From assembly GCA_002633005.1 (NCBI GenBank), contig NMRA01000053.1, positions 1,064,240 to 1,128,239 of the forward strand: a stretch of DNA of 64,000 nucleotides. Direction: 5' to 3'. Below, in pieces: positions 38,701 to 51,500 of this stretch. The stretch is from Phoronis australis (taxonomy: Eukaryota > Animalia > Phoronida). Under the pieces are notes generated by a model that had not been told where the DNA came from, did no database searches, and was given only the letters and a program-made list of their open reading frames with translations. Every line of letters begins with the position of its first letter. Position 1 is the stretch's first letter. A program made the position numbers and the translations under genes.

Positions 38701-41593
38701 TATGAACCAATTCTGTTAATATGACACATTTTTGATAACAGTCAATATAATTTTTCATGCAAGGTGTATCATGAATTATGATTTCTAAGACTGATATCAG
38801 ACTGACTACCATCGTTCATCAGCCTGGTACGAACTCATATCCACCAATTTAAAGTAAGACTGTAATGCCTAAAGTATGTTCTTATGTTTTATCTCTCGTA
38901 TGGTTTCTGTCCTGTATTATGATCAATTGAGCAGTTGTCTGATATTTTTCTGCATGGTCATATTGGGACATGCGATGTTAATATTCAAGTTGGGATGATG
39001 TTTTTAATGTTACCCCATCTTGAGCTGGAGAACACTTGCTCTGGGATATGATGTCTTTGTGGTGTCATATTGACTTAGTTACACATATTTTCAGTGATGA
39101 GTTACGAGATCACTTAAAGAACCAGCCCAAGAAGCCAGCTGTAGAACAGTTGCCAGAAGGGGGCAGTGCGTCCAGTGACTCTTCTTCCAGCTCAGAGGAA
39201 TCTTCATCCTCCTCTTCTGGTAAGGCGTTCGGTATGTTTGTGTGAATAAAAACCAGCCTTGTCCATGCTGTTCAAGTTGCAGAACATGTAAAGCGCCCTG
39301 TTTCACTGACACTTCAAAGTCCCACGCAGTGCTAATCAGGTTGTTGCGTGGAAGTAGCAAACGTCAAATTTTAAACTCAAATTAGCAGCAGTGAATGTTG
39401 CCATTGAAGCATACAGTGAATTCCATTGGTCCTTGGTGTTATCATTGTAACTGGGAAGGCTCCCTATAATATAGAACCAAAACTACAGGTTCTACCACAA
39501 AACATAAACTAAAACAATGGTTTTCAAAAAAGGCTCTATGTGGGACTTTAAATCAACTTGTGCTGCATTTGTGTGTTCAGTTTTGATGTGCCAGTCAGTT
39601 CTATGGATTTCAAATAGTTGCACTAATTTAACATGAAGTGTACACATTCAGAGTGAAAGGTACTTGAGCGTCTTGTAAAATTATATTTGTCGACAACTAC
39701 TAGCAGTCAGAAAAAGTAGAGTAGGTCATCAATTGATGATCCGAATATAGGGAGTTACTGTCTTTTGGAGCAGAAAAGTATTCTTGTTACAATTGAACAA
39801 CTACAGAGTGAACCCACCCAGCGAAACTGAATCATTTTTATACAGTCATTTTGGTTTGAGATTTCTGATTATAGCACTATAAGCAAGCGCCATTGTGCTA
39901 TGTATCGATGTAAGCTTGCACTCTTTTGTGGTGTTATGAGACTTGTTGGTGGCATCCTCGCTAAGGGCTGTTCCAGCAAAATCTGTGTGGGAGGGGGGGG
40001 GGAAGGCAACTGAAATAAAAATTTATGGGTGGTTGCGTTTGATTTAAATTCAAAATGGCTGGTGGTCGTACTTCAAAAAAATAAAAAATTGCAGGTCGTT
40101 GTTGTTTCATTGGGCCATAAATGTTTGATGGTGGGTAATTTTAGTAAATTTTATAAACAATCTGCACAGAATCAAAAACTGAAACAAAAATGCAACTTGC
40201 AAAAAGCTCCGACTTTTTCACTCCCTCCGATCTCCTCATCGGCATGCTCATAACGCCATTTAACCACAGGTGCTCAAATTTCTCGATGGCTAATAACCAT
40301 ATATAAGAGACATATGTTTTCTTAGTACTGAATGATGTTAGTGGTGATGGAGGAACAGATAAACTCGAGCGCCTGTGCAGTCAACCACAAGAACAAAAAA
40401 AAAATTACGGGTGGTTGCATTTCAAACTTATAAAAAAAATACGGGTGGTAGGCTGAAGAAATAAATGAAAAATATGGGTGGTGGGTGCAAAAAAAAGGTG
40501 CCTTCCCCCCCTCTCATACAGATTTTACTGGAACAGCCCTAAAGTAAAACATCGAATCGAAATTGATTTTAAGACAAATCTGTGATTGATTCACTGTCAG
40601 ACAAATTTTGAAAATTCACATGAATGAGGCAATGTCTATTCAACTGCACTTATTCTTCATATAGTATTGCTAAAAAATTCAAGCTATCACTAGATAAACA
40701 GGGCAAAGTTATCGCGGCTGCATGCAAATCTAAGTCTAGTAGCATAGGACAGTCTTCTGTTCCTCGCTGGAGAAACAGAACCTCCATGTTTTCATTGTCT
40801 ATCATTGCGAACAGCCTTGCCAGTACTCACCGACAATCCGACTCGAAACCGATACAGAATTTTTCCTCGAATCAATGATGGTTTCTGATTGATTCTGGTA
40901 TAAATTCTGATTTCCACCACCTCTCATCTGTTATTTGTAACTATTTCAAATCCCTTTGTCCTTCTATCGTGCCTGTTCTGATTATTTTTTCCTTAATTCA
41001 CAGCTTCAGACAGTTCGTCAGATTCAGAACCCGTGTTGAAGAGACGGTCAAAGAAAGGAGGAAGTAGCAAAAAAACGAAGAGTGAAAGTTCTCCAAAACT
41101 TACGAAGAAAAATACTGGTAAACAAAAACAGAGAAAAAAGAGACAGAAAGTCAGTGAGGACTCCGATTCAGACTCAGAGCCTGAAATGGAGAGAGGGAAA
41201 GAAATTAGAGAACATAAACATAGAAAGGGCAAAGTTGAGAGAGACATGGTTGAGAGAGAGAGCAGACGTCAGAAAGAGACGTCTCGAAGGGGGAAGGAGA
41301 ATGTTTTGTATGAGGATGGGGCCGGAGAGAGGGACAGAAAGGGTGGGAAAAGGGTGGATGAAAGGAGCGATTCCGGGGACAGGTACAACAGGAGGGGTAG
41401 TAGAGACGAGGGGTCTGGTATGAGTGATCGTCGTTCTAAGCGAGATAGAAACGTGGAGGAGATACGAAGTAGGAAAAAGATGGCCGATGATTACGGTCGG
41501 GATGAAGGAGGTGATAAATACGAGAAGCGGAGAAATCGGTCACGTGAGAGAGACACCGAGGATATAAGACGGTCGTCTACACGAAGGAGGTAG
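20707..41593 (+). CDS. CWC22: pre-mRNA-splicing factor CWC22 (MIF4G + MA3), about 1004 aa
   Basis: Exons 20707-20717, 22323-22460, 22786-23340, 24081-24224, 24823-24951, 26226-26319, 26822-26950, 28353-28488, 29110-29213, 30444-30546, 31990-32052, 32432-32515, 33324-33472 (duplicate 34599-34747), 35634-35711, 36115-36267, 37143-37270, 38251-38352, 39095-39219, 41004-41593. Motifs [50 protein letters not shown] and [18 protein letters not shown], with charged RS/RD-rich termini. The first four exons are less certain. Confidence 0.96.
20940..21468. repeat. about 530-bp fold-back (long imperfect inverted repeat) in CWC22 intron 1
   Basis: Arms match over about 250 bp (e.g. CCTTGATCTTTCTGTGGTGTCTTG / CAAGACACCACAGAAAGATCAAGG). 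Mismatches include both G-T and A-C, as expected for a decaying DNA palindrome or MITE. Confidence 0.9.
21512..21975 (+). repeat. two diverged copies of a tRNA-derived SINE-like head (21512-21600, 21887-21975)
   Basis: Shared TTGCCTATTAGCTGAATG (A-box-like) and GTTCGATTCC / GTGCAATTCC (B-box-like). Confidence 0.45.
24551..24660. repeat. 20-bp minisatellite, about 5.5 copies
   Basis: Unit TGTGTGGTAGAGTGGCTCAT with variants. Confidence 0.9.
25146..25460. mobile_element. Kolobok-type MITE
   Basis: TIRs of about 35 bp (AGACGAAGGCAACCTTTTTTCATGTCATTTTTAGCA), flanked by TTAA on both sides. Confidence 0.8.
27250..28000 (+). mobile_element. probable non-autonomous Helentron/Helitron-like repeat with about 160-bp internal tandem units
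   Basis: Recurring CGGATTTC...GAAACTT and AGCGTTTCC...ATATCTAGA blocks. Boundaries approximate. Confidence 0.4.
29717..29772 (+). repeat. tRNA-derived SINE head remnant
   Basis: GTGTGACCTAG (A-box-like) and GGTTCAAGTCCCACT (B box); same family as 45261-45334. Confidence 0.5.
29891..30343. mobile_element. hAT-like MITE
   Basis: TIRs CAGACCTGCCAAG / CTTGGCAGGACTG, with the direct repeat TAGCTT on both sides (6-bp TSD). Confidence 0.75.
32993..35125 (+). repeat. about 860-bp near-identical duplication containing CWC22 exon 13 (32993-33858 and 34276-35125), split by an N at 34222
   Basis: The copies align end to end, and the exon copies differ by two synonymous changes only. Confidence 0.92.
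33859..34221 (+). mobile_element. PIF/Harbinger-type MITE, cut by the assembly gap
   Basis: Near-identical to 51166-51527. Begins GGGCTGTTCCAGCAAAATC after TGA and is absent from the second copy of the duplication. Confidence 0.85.
35407..35560. mobile_element. palindromic MITE
   Basis: Inverted arms of about 50 bp (TTCAATCCG...TTTTTTGGTCACATCACGTGAC / GTCACGTGATGTGACCAAAAAA...CGGATTGAA). Confidence 0.75.
37574..37834. mobile_element. Harbinger-like MITE
   Basis: Ends CTGGGGCCCATTCCAAGAAAACTGACTTA and TAAGTCAGTTTCTTGGAACATGCCCCAG, with internal CTTAAG repeats. Confidence 0.65.
37878..37947. repeat. 18-bp minisatellite, about 4 copies
   Basis: Unit CTAAATCATATTAATTA(A/G). Confidence 0.85.
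39965..40539 (-). mobile_element. PIF/Harbinger-type MITE (575 bp)
   Basis: TIRs GGGCTGTTCCAG(C/T)AAAATCTGT with TSD TAA; subterminal regions match 51166-51985 in reverse orientation. Confidence 0.88.
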
Positions 41594-44500
41594 TGACTGG
41601 AATCAGTAATCGTCAGCCATTGAAATGTAAATGTTCGAGCCCCCGAGTAACACACCTGCAATTTTTTATCAGTGGCTGCTGTAGGGTTGTTTTTTTGTTG
41701 TCTGAAGGAACTGGCATTGCTGTCAAGACTGCTGTTATATGTCACACGAAGCTGCAATTTTGCAATCGGATGAGATACTGGCATGTGAAATTCATCTATA
41801 CATTTTATTTTCAACGTTTTAATTCAGACAAAAGATCAGGATGGGATAATGTTCGACATTAAAACACAAGTGTTTGGGGGCTTTAAAGAGCATGTGAACA
41901 GAGTGCAGAATTATTTTTGAGTTGTGGGGTTTTGCGCTGAACCTTAACTGTTGGTATTTTCTATGAATAATACAGATATGACATTAAACAACGTCTTTGT
42001 TTTAGTTGCAACTTGCAGAAATAGTGGGCACAATCTTTAATATTTGCTACAAAAATTCATTTAAGTGTATAAAATCATCAATTTCGCATCAAAAACACCA
42101 AACAAAAATCCCACCAGTTGATCAGCTATCCAATTATTACACCCACAAACAGCATCTGACGATATGTTAATTAGGTGAACTCTTGTTATGACCATTTACT
42201 GGTGGATACATACTACATAAAATCGAGACAACCAATCACAGCACTAGTCATCCTTCATTGTGTTTAGTGTGAAAAGTTGTCTGAGGTTGCAGCTCCTTTT
42301 CCTGTAGTTTGTGGTATAAATATAAAGAGTGGTGAGGCATTGCGTTTGTGGTGGTTGTGTCAGCTTAAAATTGAATCACGCTGCGGCTCTTTTGACTTAT
42401 CTGCAAAACATGGAGAAGCATAGATATGGCACAGTCAATTTAGTACAAGAAACTCTCGTGTTGGTGAACACGACGCACTGGCGCTGGGTATGCTCATACA
42501 TTACACTCATAACCATGGAGGTAATGAACTGTGAATTGAAGTAGGTTTTCTTCAATTTTATCATATCTGGGATATTTAAGTCACGACTGGGATACACGAT
42601 GCTGTAAAGGAACTCTAGGTTTAATGATGCTCAGAATGTGGTCATTGTCAAAATAATTTATGGTTTTATGCGCTTTAAAGTGGCATAGAGGGTAAAAAAC
42701 AAACTAAAATGCATTATTTAGAGAGATTCTCTACCACTGAAACAAGACGGACGGTTCACCACGTTTTTTTACAGTTTGTTCGTGAAGATTTTTAATTTCT
42801 GTTGATGTCAAAACATTTTTTCTTTAATTTCAAATTTCGAAAAATAATCTGTCAACAGCACTTCACCTCATCAATTTTTCCCATAGAGCAAAGTGCGCCT
42901 CCTTATTTGGTATGACAACACAAAAATGTAGCACATTTCACCTTTGACATGAACAAAACCATGACGATCATGCATTTGGGAAGTGTTTACTAGGTAATTC
43001 TTTGAGTGCACGTGCCCATGTATATTATTTAGGGGCAGAGAATTTGAAAACTGTATTGGGATGAAAGAGTTAAAGTCTGCGATTCAAAAATACTAAATCT
43101 GAAAATTTGTACTAGAAATTTTTTGCAATTTTCAAAATGAATAACTCAGGTGGTAGCATCCCCAAGAAATAAGATTCGCCACTGATATGTGTCGAAGGTA
43201 TTTTTCACGAGTTTTCGCATTAAATGCCTCTTCAAAGAAGTTACAATTGATTCAAAACATTGTTTCATAAAAAATAAATATGTTAGGAAAGTGTCCAATA
43301 AATATTTATTCAATTAATAACACTAAGCACTGTTGCGTGTGGATACAACATGAATAAAAATGAGAATTTTTTTAACAGTACATTGCAAAATCACAGGACA
43401 TAACAATTAGTATTGCTAAATGTTAATTACAGAACGGCTTAGGCCCCTTAACTACTTCCCTTCATTCTCGGTCATGAGGGAAGACCATAAATTTGGTTAT
43501 TGCCCTGTCAGGATCGCAAATTCCGGGTCATTTTTCCTGAATACTTGTGGCTTGTTCTGGTAAGGTAAATAGCCTGAAGCTTGTGAACCAAAGATTCATA
43601 AGCAACACCTAGTGCATTTCAAGATTGGACCATATTTTTTGTAACTACGTACATTTCACAGTACTACAACATGTGCTGTAGAGATTCTCGTGAAAACACT
43701 GCTTTGATAAACATTTATACACAACAGAACTAGTAACTACACTGTAGATCTTGTGTTGAGAACCTTAAGTACAGATCGGCTAATAGATGATAAAGACTAC
43801 TACTTCAATCTGGATTTTCTATTTATTTTATAAAATAGTCAATAAAATGTACCGAAATATATAGTTTCACACATGAGGTAAATTAATTCATGAAGTAGCA
43901 GTCGTATAACAGCAACTTTACAATGTAAGTAACATCAGGGTGATAAACTCCAGGTGAGTAAAAACAACAAGACTTAAACACACTCTTGAAAAAAATGGGA
44001 CCCACGCCCTCTGGTGTCCCCCTTGTGACACTACTGAACTCTACTCTAAAGTGACTGTGTTATAAATTGGCACATTTTTTTGGAAAATGTAGTCATTGCC
44101 ATATAGGAATGTATTTTCAGTGAGATTTTTCAAATTTAGTGACGTTTAGTGGACCAAAGTTGGTCACCATATGGCTGTGGAAAAAGCTAAGCGACTCCGC
44201 AATGCTGGAGAAAATTGTGCGAGTTTTTCCATAAGTTTTGAGTTGTATAATACTGTGCGTTAGTAGAGTATGAAATAGGCCTACGTACTTCATAAGAATG
44301 AAATGATAAGTTCTTCATCTAATGTATTCTTTGGCTTCATGAACATCTGACTCATTATTTTGTTCTAAAATGAATGAGTAATGACTAATATACATAACAA
44401 TGAACACTTCACCCAGTCTCTATTTTGTCCACTAATCTCAAAACCATTTGTACCAAAGTCAGGCACATTAAAGTTACTAGTGTTCAATTTTATACTCTAC

Positions 44501-45260
44501 CCAACTAGAAAACGGTGATATAGCATCTCAAGTCATTTGAGAAGTGACAAAATGCCCCTAAACCTTATTATTGAAAAGTTATGGCATTAGAAACTGAGTA
44601 TTTCCAAATTATGGAATCTATGTTAATCTCTGTATAGAAAGTCTAAGACTTGAAGAATGGACATGTAAAATAAAGGGAAACTGTCCGCGAGAAAAACATT
44701 TTCTGAGATCGGCCTCTGCACTATTGGTGGAGTTAAATCCCACACAAATGACGAGAGCAAAAAGCATATTTTACTGACGAAGTTACACACCTTCACTTCA
44801 GCAAATGTCTGGCAGACAATGGTGAAAATTGGCCGTTTGCAATCAGATCACAAAAACAAAGTTTAACTTAAGTTTGTTGTTTCATAACACTGGTCAAAGT
44901 TAACAACCTCTCCCACGCAACAACAATCCCCAAAATTCATTTTTCATCTCAATTTCTTTAAAACCAATAGCGTTCCTTTATTAACCCATCCAATGACAGT
45001 ATAGCACAGCTTCTGGGCTGATTACTCTCCCTCCACCCACGAGCAAACAATGACCTGACTATAATGTCATCTTGTGCATGACAGTGTAGGGGTCTTAGCT
45101 ATAAAAAGTCTGGGGGCCCTGGCAATTAGAGCTGACCCCACAGAAGGAAGTGAACGGGGTGGGATCAGTGCGTTGAGGTCTCGTGGAAAGTAGTGTTCCG
45201 CATAGACCAGATTCACATTTCAAGGATCAAACAGTTAACGATAACCTTCAAGTATAAGAA

Positions 45261-45334
45261 GGCAGTGTGACCTAGCGGGGCGAGTGTCTGCTTACTTTAC
45301 TTAAGGTTGTGGATTCAAGTCCCACTAGGACACA
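45261..45334 (+). repeat. tRNA-derived SINE head or tRNA pseudogene
   Basis: A box TGACCTAGCGG and B box GATTCAAGTCC at tRNA spacing, but the acceptor and anticodon stems do not close. Confidence 0.5.
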
Positions 45335-45555
45335 TGGCTAAAACCTTGAGTCCGGTCTCTAGCTCCTGAGCTTGGTTTTAACTAACAAAAAATGGTTGCA
45401 GGTGCAATAGACCCACCAGAGCGGCCTGCTTACGTCTGATACAACCTGAATCAGACTGCCTACAATTATATTATTTTTCTTTAACAAGAAGACAACTGAT
45501 AACTAAAGTGGAAATTGTTCAGTAATATTTCAACATTTTTAACTTCATGAAAGTT

Positions 45556-48500
45556 TTAATACTTGATGTCCCATCTGGATGGTTGTTCACAGGCGACCTC
45601 TGGGTCGGGACACAGTCTTTTGAATGTGGTGTCTTGCTGGAAGCCCAGAATTTCACGTTCTTCATGGATTCTAAAGCTGAAGGTGGATACATACGATCCT
45701 ATGAACACCCTGAGGAAAGGATTAAAAAGTATACGATCTTACTAAATAAGACCTTTTCAGTCATTAATTTTTGAAATTTAGAAACTTGGCCAACTTCACG
45801 CCACCTTGTACTATGTAAAAAGATTTGTACAGGACCTCTTGCATCACCAATGTTTATCACGAGCACAGGTCTAAGTATTTTTTTGTATGAAGCAGGGCAA
45901 CCATAGCATTAACGACATAATGGCAATAAAACACTGGATGAAATAAATTGTAAGTGCTGTTCATTGAAACTAGTGATTTTTAATGATTGGATTCTGAAAC
46001 TGAATTCCTTGTGAAAAGTTAGCTTAGAATTATTTTTCCCCAATTAGCCAAAAAACGGTAATTCTAAACAGAATTTGATTTGATGACCAGCATTTCAACT
46101 GGGACGAACAAGTTCACTTTAATGAATTCATTCTGGCTGATAACTTGTGGGCAAGCCGTGATGCAAAACAAAAGTTGAAACCCAACAACAGATACTTAAT
46201 TGTAAAGTGACACAATAGGTGAAGCATGGCAATACTGTTGCTATGCTGACTAACCTTGCATGGGCGCAGATATACTGGTCAATAATGGCTATCCCTCCAT
46301 CCTTCAGCTCATCATGCAACTTTGAATTGTATGTGAACCGGTGCACGTTATAACCTTCTAATAAACTCTTCAACTCATCGTACTCTGAAATAGAAGTTTG
46401 AACTTGTAACGCTATAATCATACTTGGTTACTTTTCACACAGTCAGTTAGTTATCATTGGACATTAACATGTACTACCGCTGCATAGACGACAGTTCAGG
46501 ACTAACAGCGATTCTTCTGATCACTTTTTTAGCACACTCATCTCATTTCGCACACCCAAAATTATTCGTAAAAAAAAATTTTGTCCTCACTTATTTCGCA
46601 CGAGGATACTTGGTGAGGATTTCTCGCCTCACCTAATTCCCACACATGTGAGTCAGTTTTGCATTTCGTAGAATATCAATGCAAAGCCTTGTTATTGTTG
46701 CCAGTAATACACACCTCTTTAACAGTACTAGGCCTGAACATTGTATATTCACTACCTTCATTCATTCATTTTGTACTCGGGTAACATGTAGTTGAGGGGT
46801 GTCCTGCATGAGTTTTGTGTAACCAAGAGTTACATGGCATTGCTCAAAAATGTTTTCCATCAATCATGGGGGTGCACTCTTAATATTGGAACAGTGGGAT
46901 AAAGTAACCTCATTCCTGTTAACTGGATCAAGTTGGCAACCTGTAAGTCACGTTTTGTTAAAATTCCCACAAGCACACTAACTAATTCAGCACACCCGTA
47001 AACTACGAAGTGTTTATTTGGCACACCCTGACTACCCGGAAAACTTATTTTATTTTTATTTTGTGCAACATAAGCGGAGAATTATGGTACATGTTAGGCC
47101 TATTCATGGTAACATAGACCAATCACTTTAATTTGTTAACTAAAAAAATATGAATTAGTACCAACTTGTCATGAGTTGTATATGAGTCAAACTAAACAAT
47201 ACTTCAAACTTGATTTTTACAATGAACAACTACTTGAATGTGCGACTTTAACTACTTAACCATAAATTACTGCTTTATTATACAGTCACCATAGTGATAA
47301 CAATGACATCATACCATGTTCAGGTGCATCAGTGGCAACAAACACAGTTCCCAGCTTATGTTCGTCCATAAGTCTCATCAGTTGAATAGCTGTGCCATTT
47401 ATGTCAGGAATTTCTGTGCCGTGGGCGTAGAGGAAGTCTGCACGTCTCCAGTGAACAGCAACATAGGGGCCACCAAGGGCATCGCCATGGTTCCTCTGAT
47501 ATAACAAACAGATAACACAATGTACTCTATAGCTCTGGATCAAAAGGTAGCATACAAGTAATTATAATCATAATCCAAAAAAATAATTTGCTGACTAAAG
47601 ATCCTTTCCCATATAGCTAACCCGGCCACTATGTCCAAGCTCCAATGTTAAAAGTGCTTCACTGCGAAGTTGAGCGTTACTGTTCCCATCAGCTACTGAG
47701 TTCTTCAGACAACTAATTCAGCAGCGTTATCACAAGGTGACCATGTGTCATCTGATCTAAACACCGTTATCACAAGGTGACCATGTGTCATCTGATCTAA
47801 ACACCGTTATCACAAGGTGACCATGTGTCATCTGATCTAAACACCGTTATCACAAGGTGACCATGTGTCATCTGATCTAAACACCGTTATCACAAGGTGG
47901 CCATGTGTCATCTGATCTAAACACCGACAGTATAGCACATGTGGGAACTTGTTGTGCGTAGTACTACATAACTTCAGTGATTGTTTTCATGGTAAATCCA
48001 GCAAGTGCACCGATGAATTGAAACAGAAATTATGCTTATACTGCAAAGATAATAAACACCAGAACAAATTATTAACTATTATTAACCAGTTACTGCACGC
48101 CGTTGGCAAATGCAGTGAGCTCTGACGATAACTTCAGTCGCATCGAAATTAAACGTTTTCATTTTCACTGTTAAATCCGAAAAACTTGAAAGTTGAATAA
48201 AACGAAAAGGAAACGATAATTTAGAAAATTGTAACTGTTTACAACACTTTTGAGTTTTTATCCTTAACATTTATAACAAATGAAATTTGGCCGTGTTGGC
48301 CATGGATGTACATTCAACTGGTCATGTTTGCTACGAATGTACATTGTTCAACTTTCTTTTTCGCTAAACTTCAAAAAAGACATGGTCACGTCATCCAATC
48401 AATGACAGATTAGTATGAAGCCAAACATCAAATTTAAAAGCTTTCAGAAAATTCCTACTTTAAACTTACTGGGTTAAAATCTATAGATTTGTACATGTTT

Positions 48501-51500
48501 TGCTGAGTACTCGTTCATAAGGCAAGGTTGTCATGACAACGCATTTGGCTTCCATCCAGCCATCATGACACTTGTCAGGTTCATCTTAGTTCTTTTGACG
48601 TGTACAGAACAAACAGGACAGGCTTGAGGTGAAGGACTCACAACAGATAACACACAATCAACAAATTACTTTCGGGATGAACAAAAGACTGGTTGCAATT
48701 AAGCCCATGCTTTTGTTCTCAGACAATATTCAATTGCTCACTATTCAAAGGGGTTAGCATGTTATGTTCATTATCACCCCCATGATTGCTAGTAGCGTGG
48801 GTTGCTCTAGTTACCATCTTCCAGTGTATGGATGGTGTTAACATATCGTTAGCTTATCACAAATTACACGTCAATATGACAGATGTCCAGCACTAATATG
48901 TAACTTTTGTTATAATGACATTTGAAACCTTGGGCATGTAGGTACATTTGAATACTAATTAACAACTGAAATGCAATGATTTTACCTCCATCGGTCAGTG
49001 TATTGGGCAATGTATTGGTCAATGTATCGGTCAGTGTTTACAGTAGGTCATGCATTACGTTTTCAAAATTTGTACCAAGTTAAAGGACTGGATAAAATCT
49101 GAATTCGACAAAGCATTAGAACTCATATGTCCCTTCATGGTTATGGAAAATGTTAAATTCCTTTGTGATATATCTGCCTTGTCTTGTGAATATGTTCAAT
49201 AACGGTATATATATAACGATGAGGTATCTGTCTTATTTAATTGACATGTTACTAATAACTTCGGACTAAATAATGACCAAAGACGTAAGTTATTAACTTC
49301 CCTTTAGTAACAAACAAAAAGTAGACACTGATTTGGATGTCACTGACATCAAGACACAAAACAAAAGAGGAGTCAACCTTTCTGCATATTACACTACATA
49401 CTGAGGCAATAGTTCCATCAGCCCTTGACCATCACGTTCATGTTTAACTTAATTTTTAATCAATTTTATTGTTCATACTGGGTCCATTCCTTATTTTGGT
49501 AAATTTTGCTTTTATTGGGGGGATTTAGACATTTTTGTAAAATTTTCTGTAACAGACATGACATCACTTAATTTTTGTCATTATTTTATGATAAAATTCC
49601 TTATGACATACCATTTACAACATGAATAGTTAAAGATTAACAATTGGAAGCATACACAAGTTTCTTAATCACTATAACAGTTATTTTGTTATTAACCTAA
49701 TTTCTGAAAGACGTGACTTATGTTACATTTGAGTTAGAAAACTTCTAATTTTACACATTGCAACAAAAACACATTCAAATATTTTTAATTTCAACAGATT
49801 TTTTAAAAGAAAAGCTGTAAACATATTAAAGACTGTTAGTAATAAATTTTTCATGCACACGGAATTCACGCTAGGAAAATCCAGCAGTTGGCAGTCCTGT
49901 TATAAGATTCATCGACAAATGTTTCAATCAATTGTTCACAAAATAGTCAAAGGCTTTATTGAGGTGCTAGTTAGGTCAGTGACGCAATTTTGTGAGCAAA
50001 AACGCACAAAAATTACACATTTGGTGCAAAATTTACGCAGTAAATTCTGTTATGTGGCATGATAATTATAAAATTAGAATGCTTGCTGAATATTATACTG
50101 TATGTATGTCAGACTGTGCAGATGGCATCTCTTACAAAATTTTGTCTCTTGCACATAACGAAACTAGCGCCTGAAGTAAGTGAACGTCAAGTATTCAAGC
50201 TCTACTTAGATAGCTGGAATAAAAGAAGTGAGATGCAGGTGAAGAGATGTATATTGCTTGCCAGTTTGAAGAAACAAAGCCCAATTATAGTTCTCTACTC
50301 TGGAATGTGCATGAATACTCTTCAGAGATCCATTAACAAGGGCAACACAACAAGACATGACGACAGCCACACCCATACACCTCTCTTACCTTCATATCCT
50401 TCCAGCTTTTCTCCAGCGTGGTCTTGTCTCTGACATCATCAGAGTACAGATAGTTTGCCCGGAACTCCGCACCATGACGACGGAGATGAGCAGCAAACCT
50501 CATGCTCCGTCTAGCCTGAAGAATGGTAAACAAAATGTTGTATCCCAGTGATGTAAAGTTAAATAGGAACAACACTGCCCTATGTTTACGAGTTTGAGCA
50601 AGTGTATAACACAGACGCCATCCAAGCTTGTAATAAGCAGCAGTTACCTGAGCTGTATGTTGGCACTTGCTGTCCTTTGTTAATATTTATCCTGATGATG
50701 TCTAATGAACAGACAAAACGTTGATTGACCATGAACTTTTTTAAGTGGCTATAAGCCGTCGTTCCATCAAAAAATAGAACTTTTGATTTAGACAACTAGC
50801 TAATTCAAGATTGGTTACAACTTAATCCTTATTGAGGTGAGATACTTCTGGGTTTACTTTGCAAACAACTGAGAGATGTTTATTGCTTGAAGTCACGCAC
50901 GAGGCATGAAGTGACACACTATGTCGAGCAAAGTTGTAGAGCCTTTTCAGTTCTTTTCAAACCTTAAAATTACCCTACTTTGATTTAGGGACAATTTGAG
51001 ACCAATCTGTTTTAAAATCCAAGTGTTTGTGTGTGGAAATATGCCAATAACAGTGACATTGAAGTATACTAAGTGACAAAGCCACTACAAAAACATGATG
51101 TGGAGGTTTGAACTCTGTATTTCTCTACAGGAGGATAGCTTCAGTGTAATGACAGCTTCAAATTAGGGCTGTTCCAGCAAAATCTGTATGGGGGGGGGAA
51201 GGCACTTTTATTTCGTACCCACCGCCCATATTTTTCATTTATTTCTCCAACCCATGACCCATAATTTTTTAATTATTTTTAATAGGTTAAAATATAAAAT
51301 CCAACACTTGCAAACAAATTGCCTCCAGGAGGACCTGTTAAGAATTTAGATGATTGACAGACAAGAACTAGTTGTCTTGTCCAATATTGTCAAAAACTAA
51401 AGTAGCCTGTGAGCAATACTTTTGGTAGCCACCAGGTGTCTCTGTTCACCATGTGTCTATAATTTCAATGAAAAATTTTTTCAATTAAAAGGATCTATGA

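Noticed and set aside
47725-47926. 40-bp repeats as a CRISPR array
   Set aside because: Units are contiguous with no unique spacers; eukaryotic intron with no cas genes.
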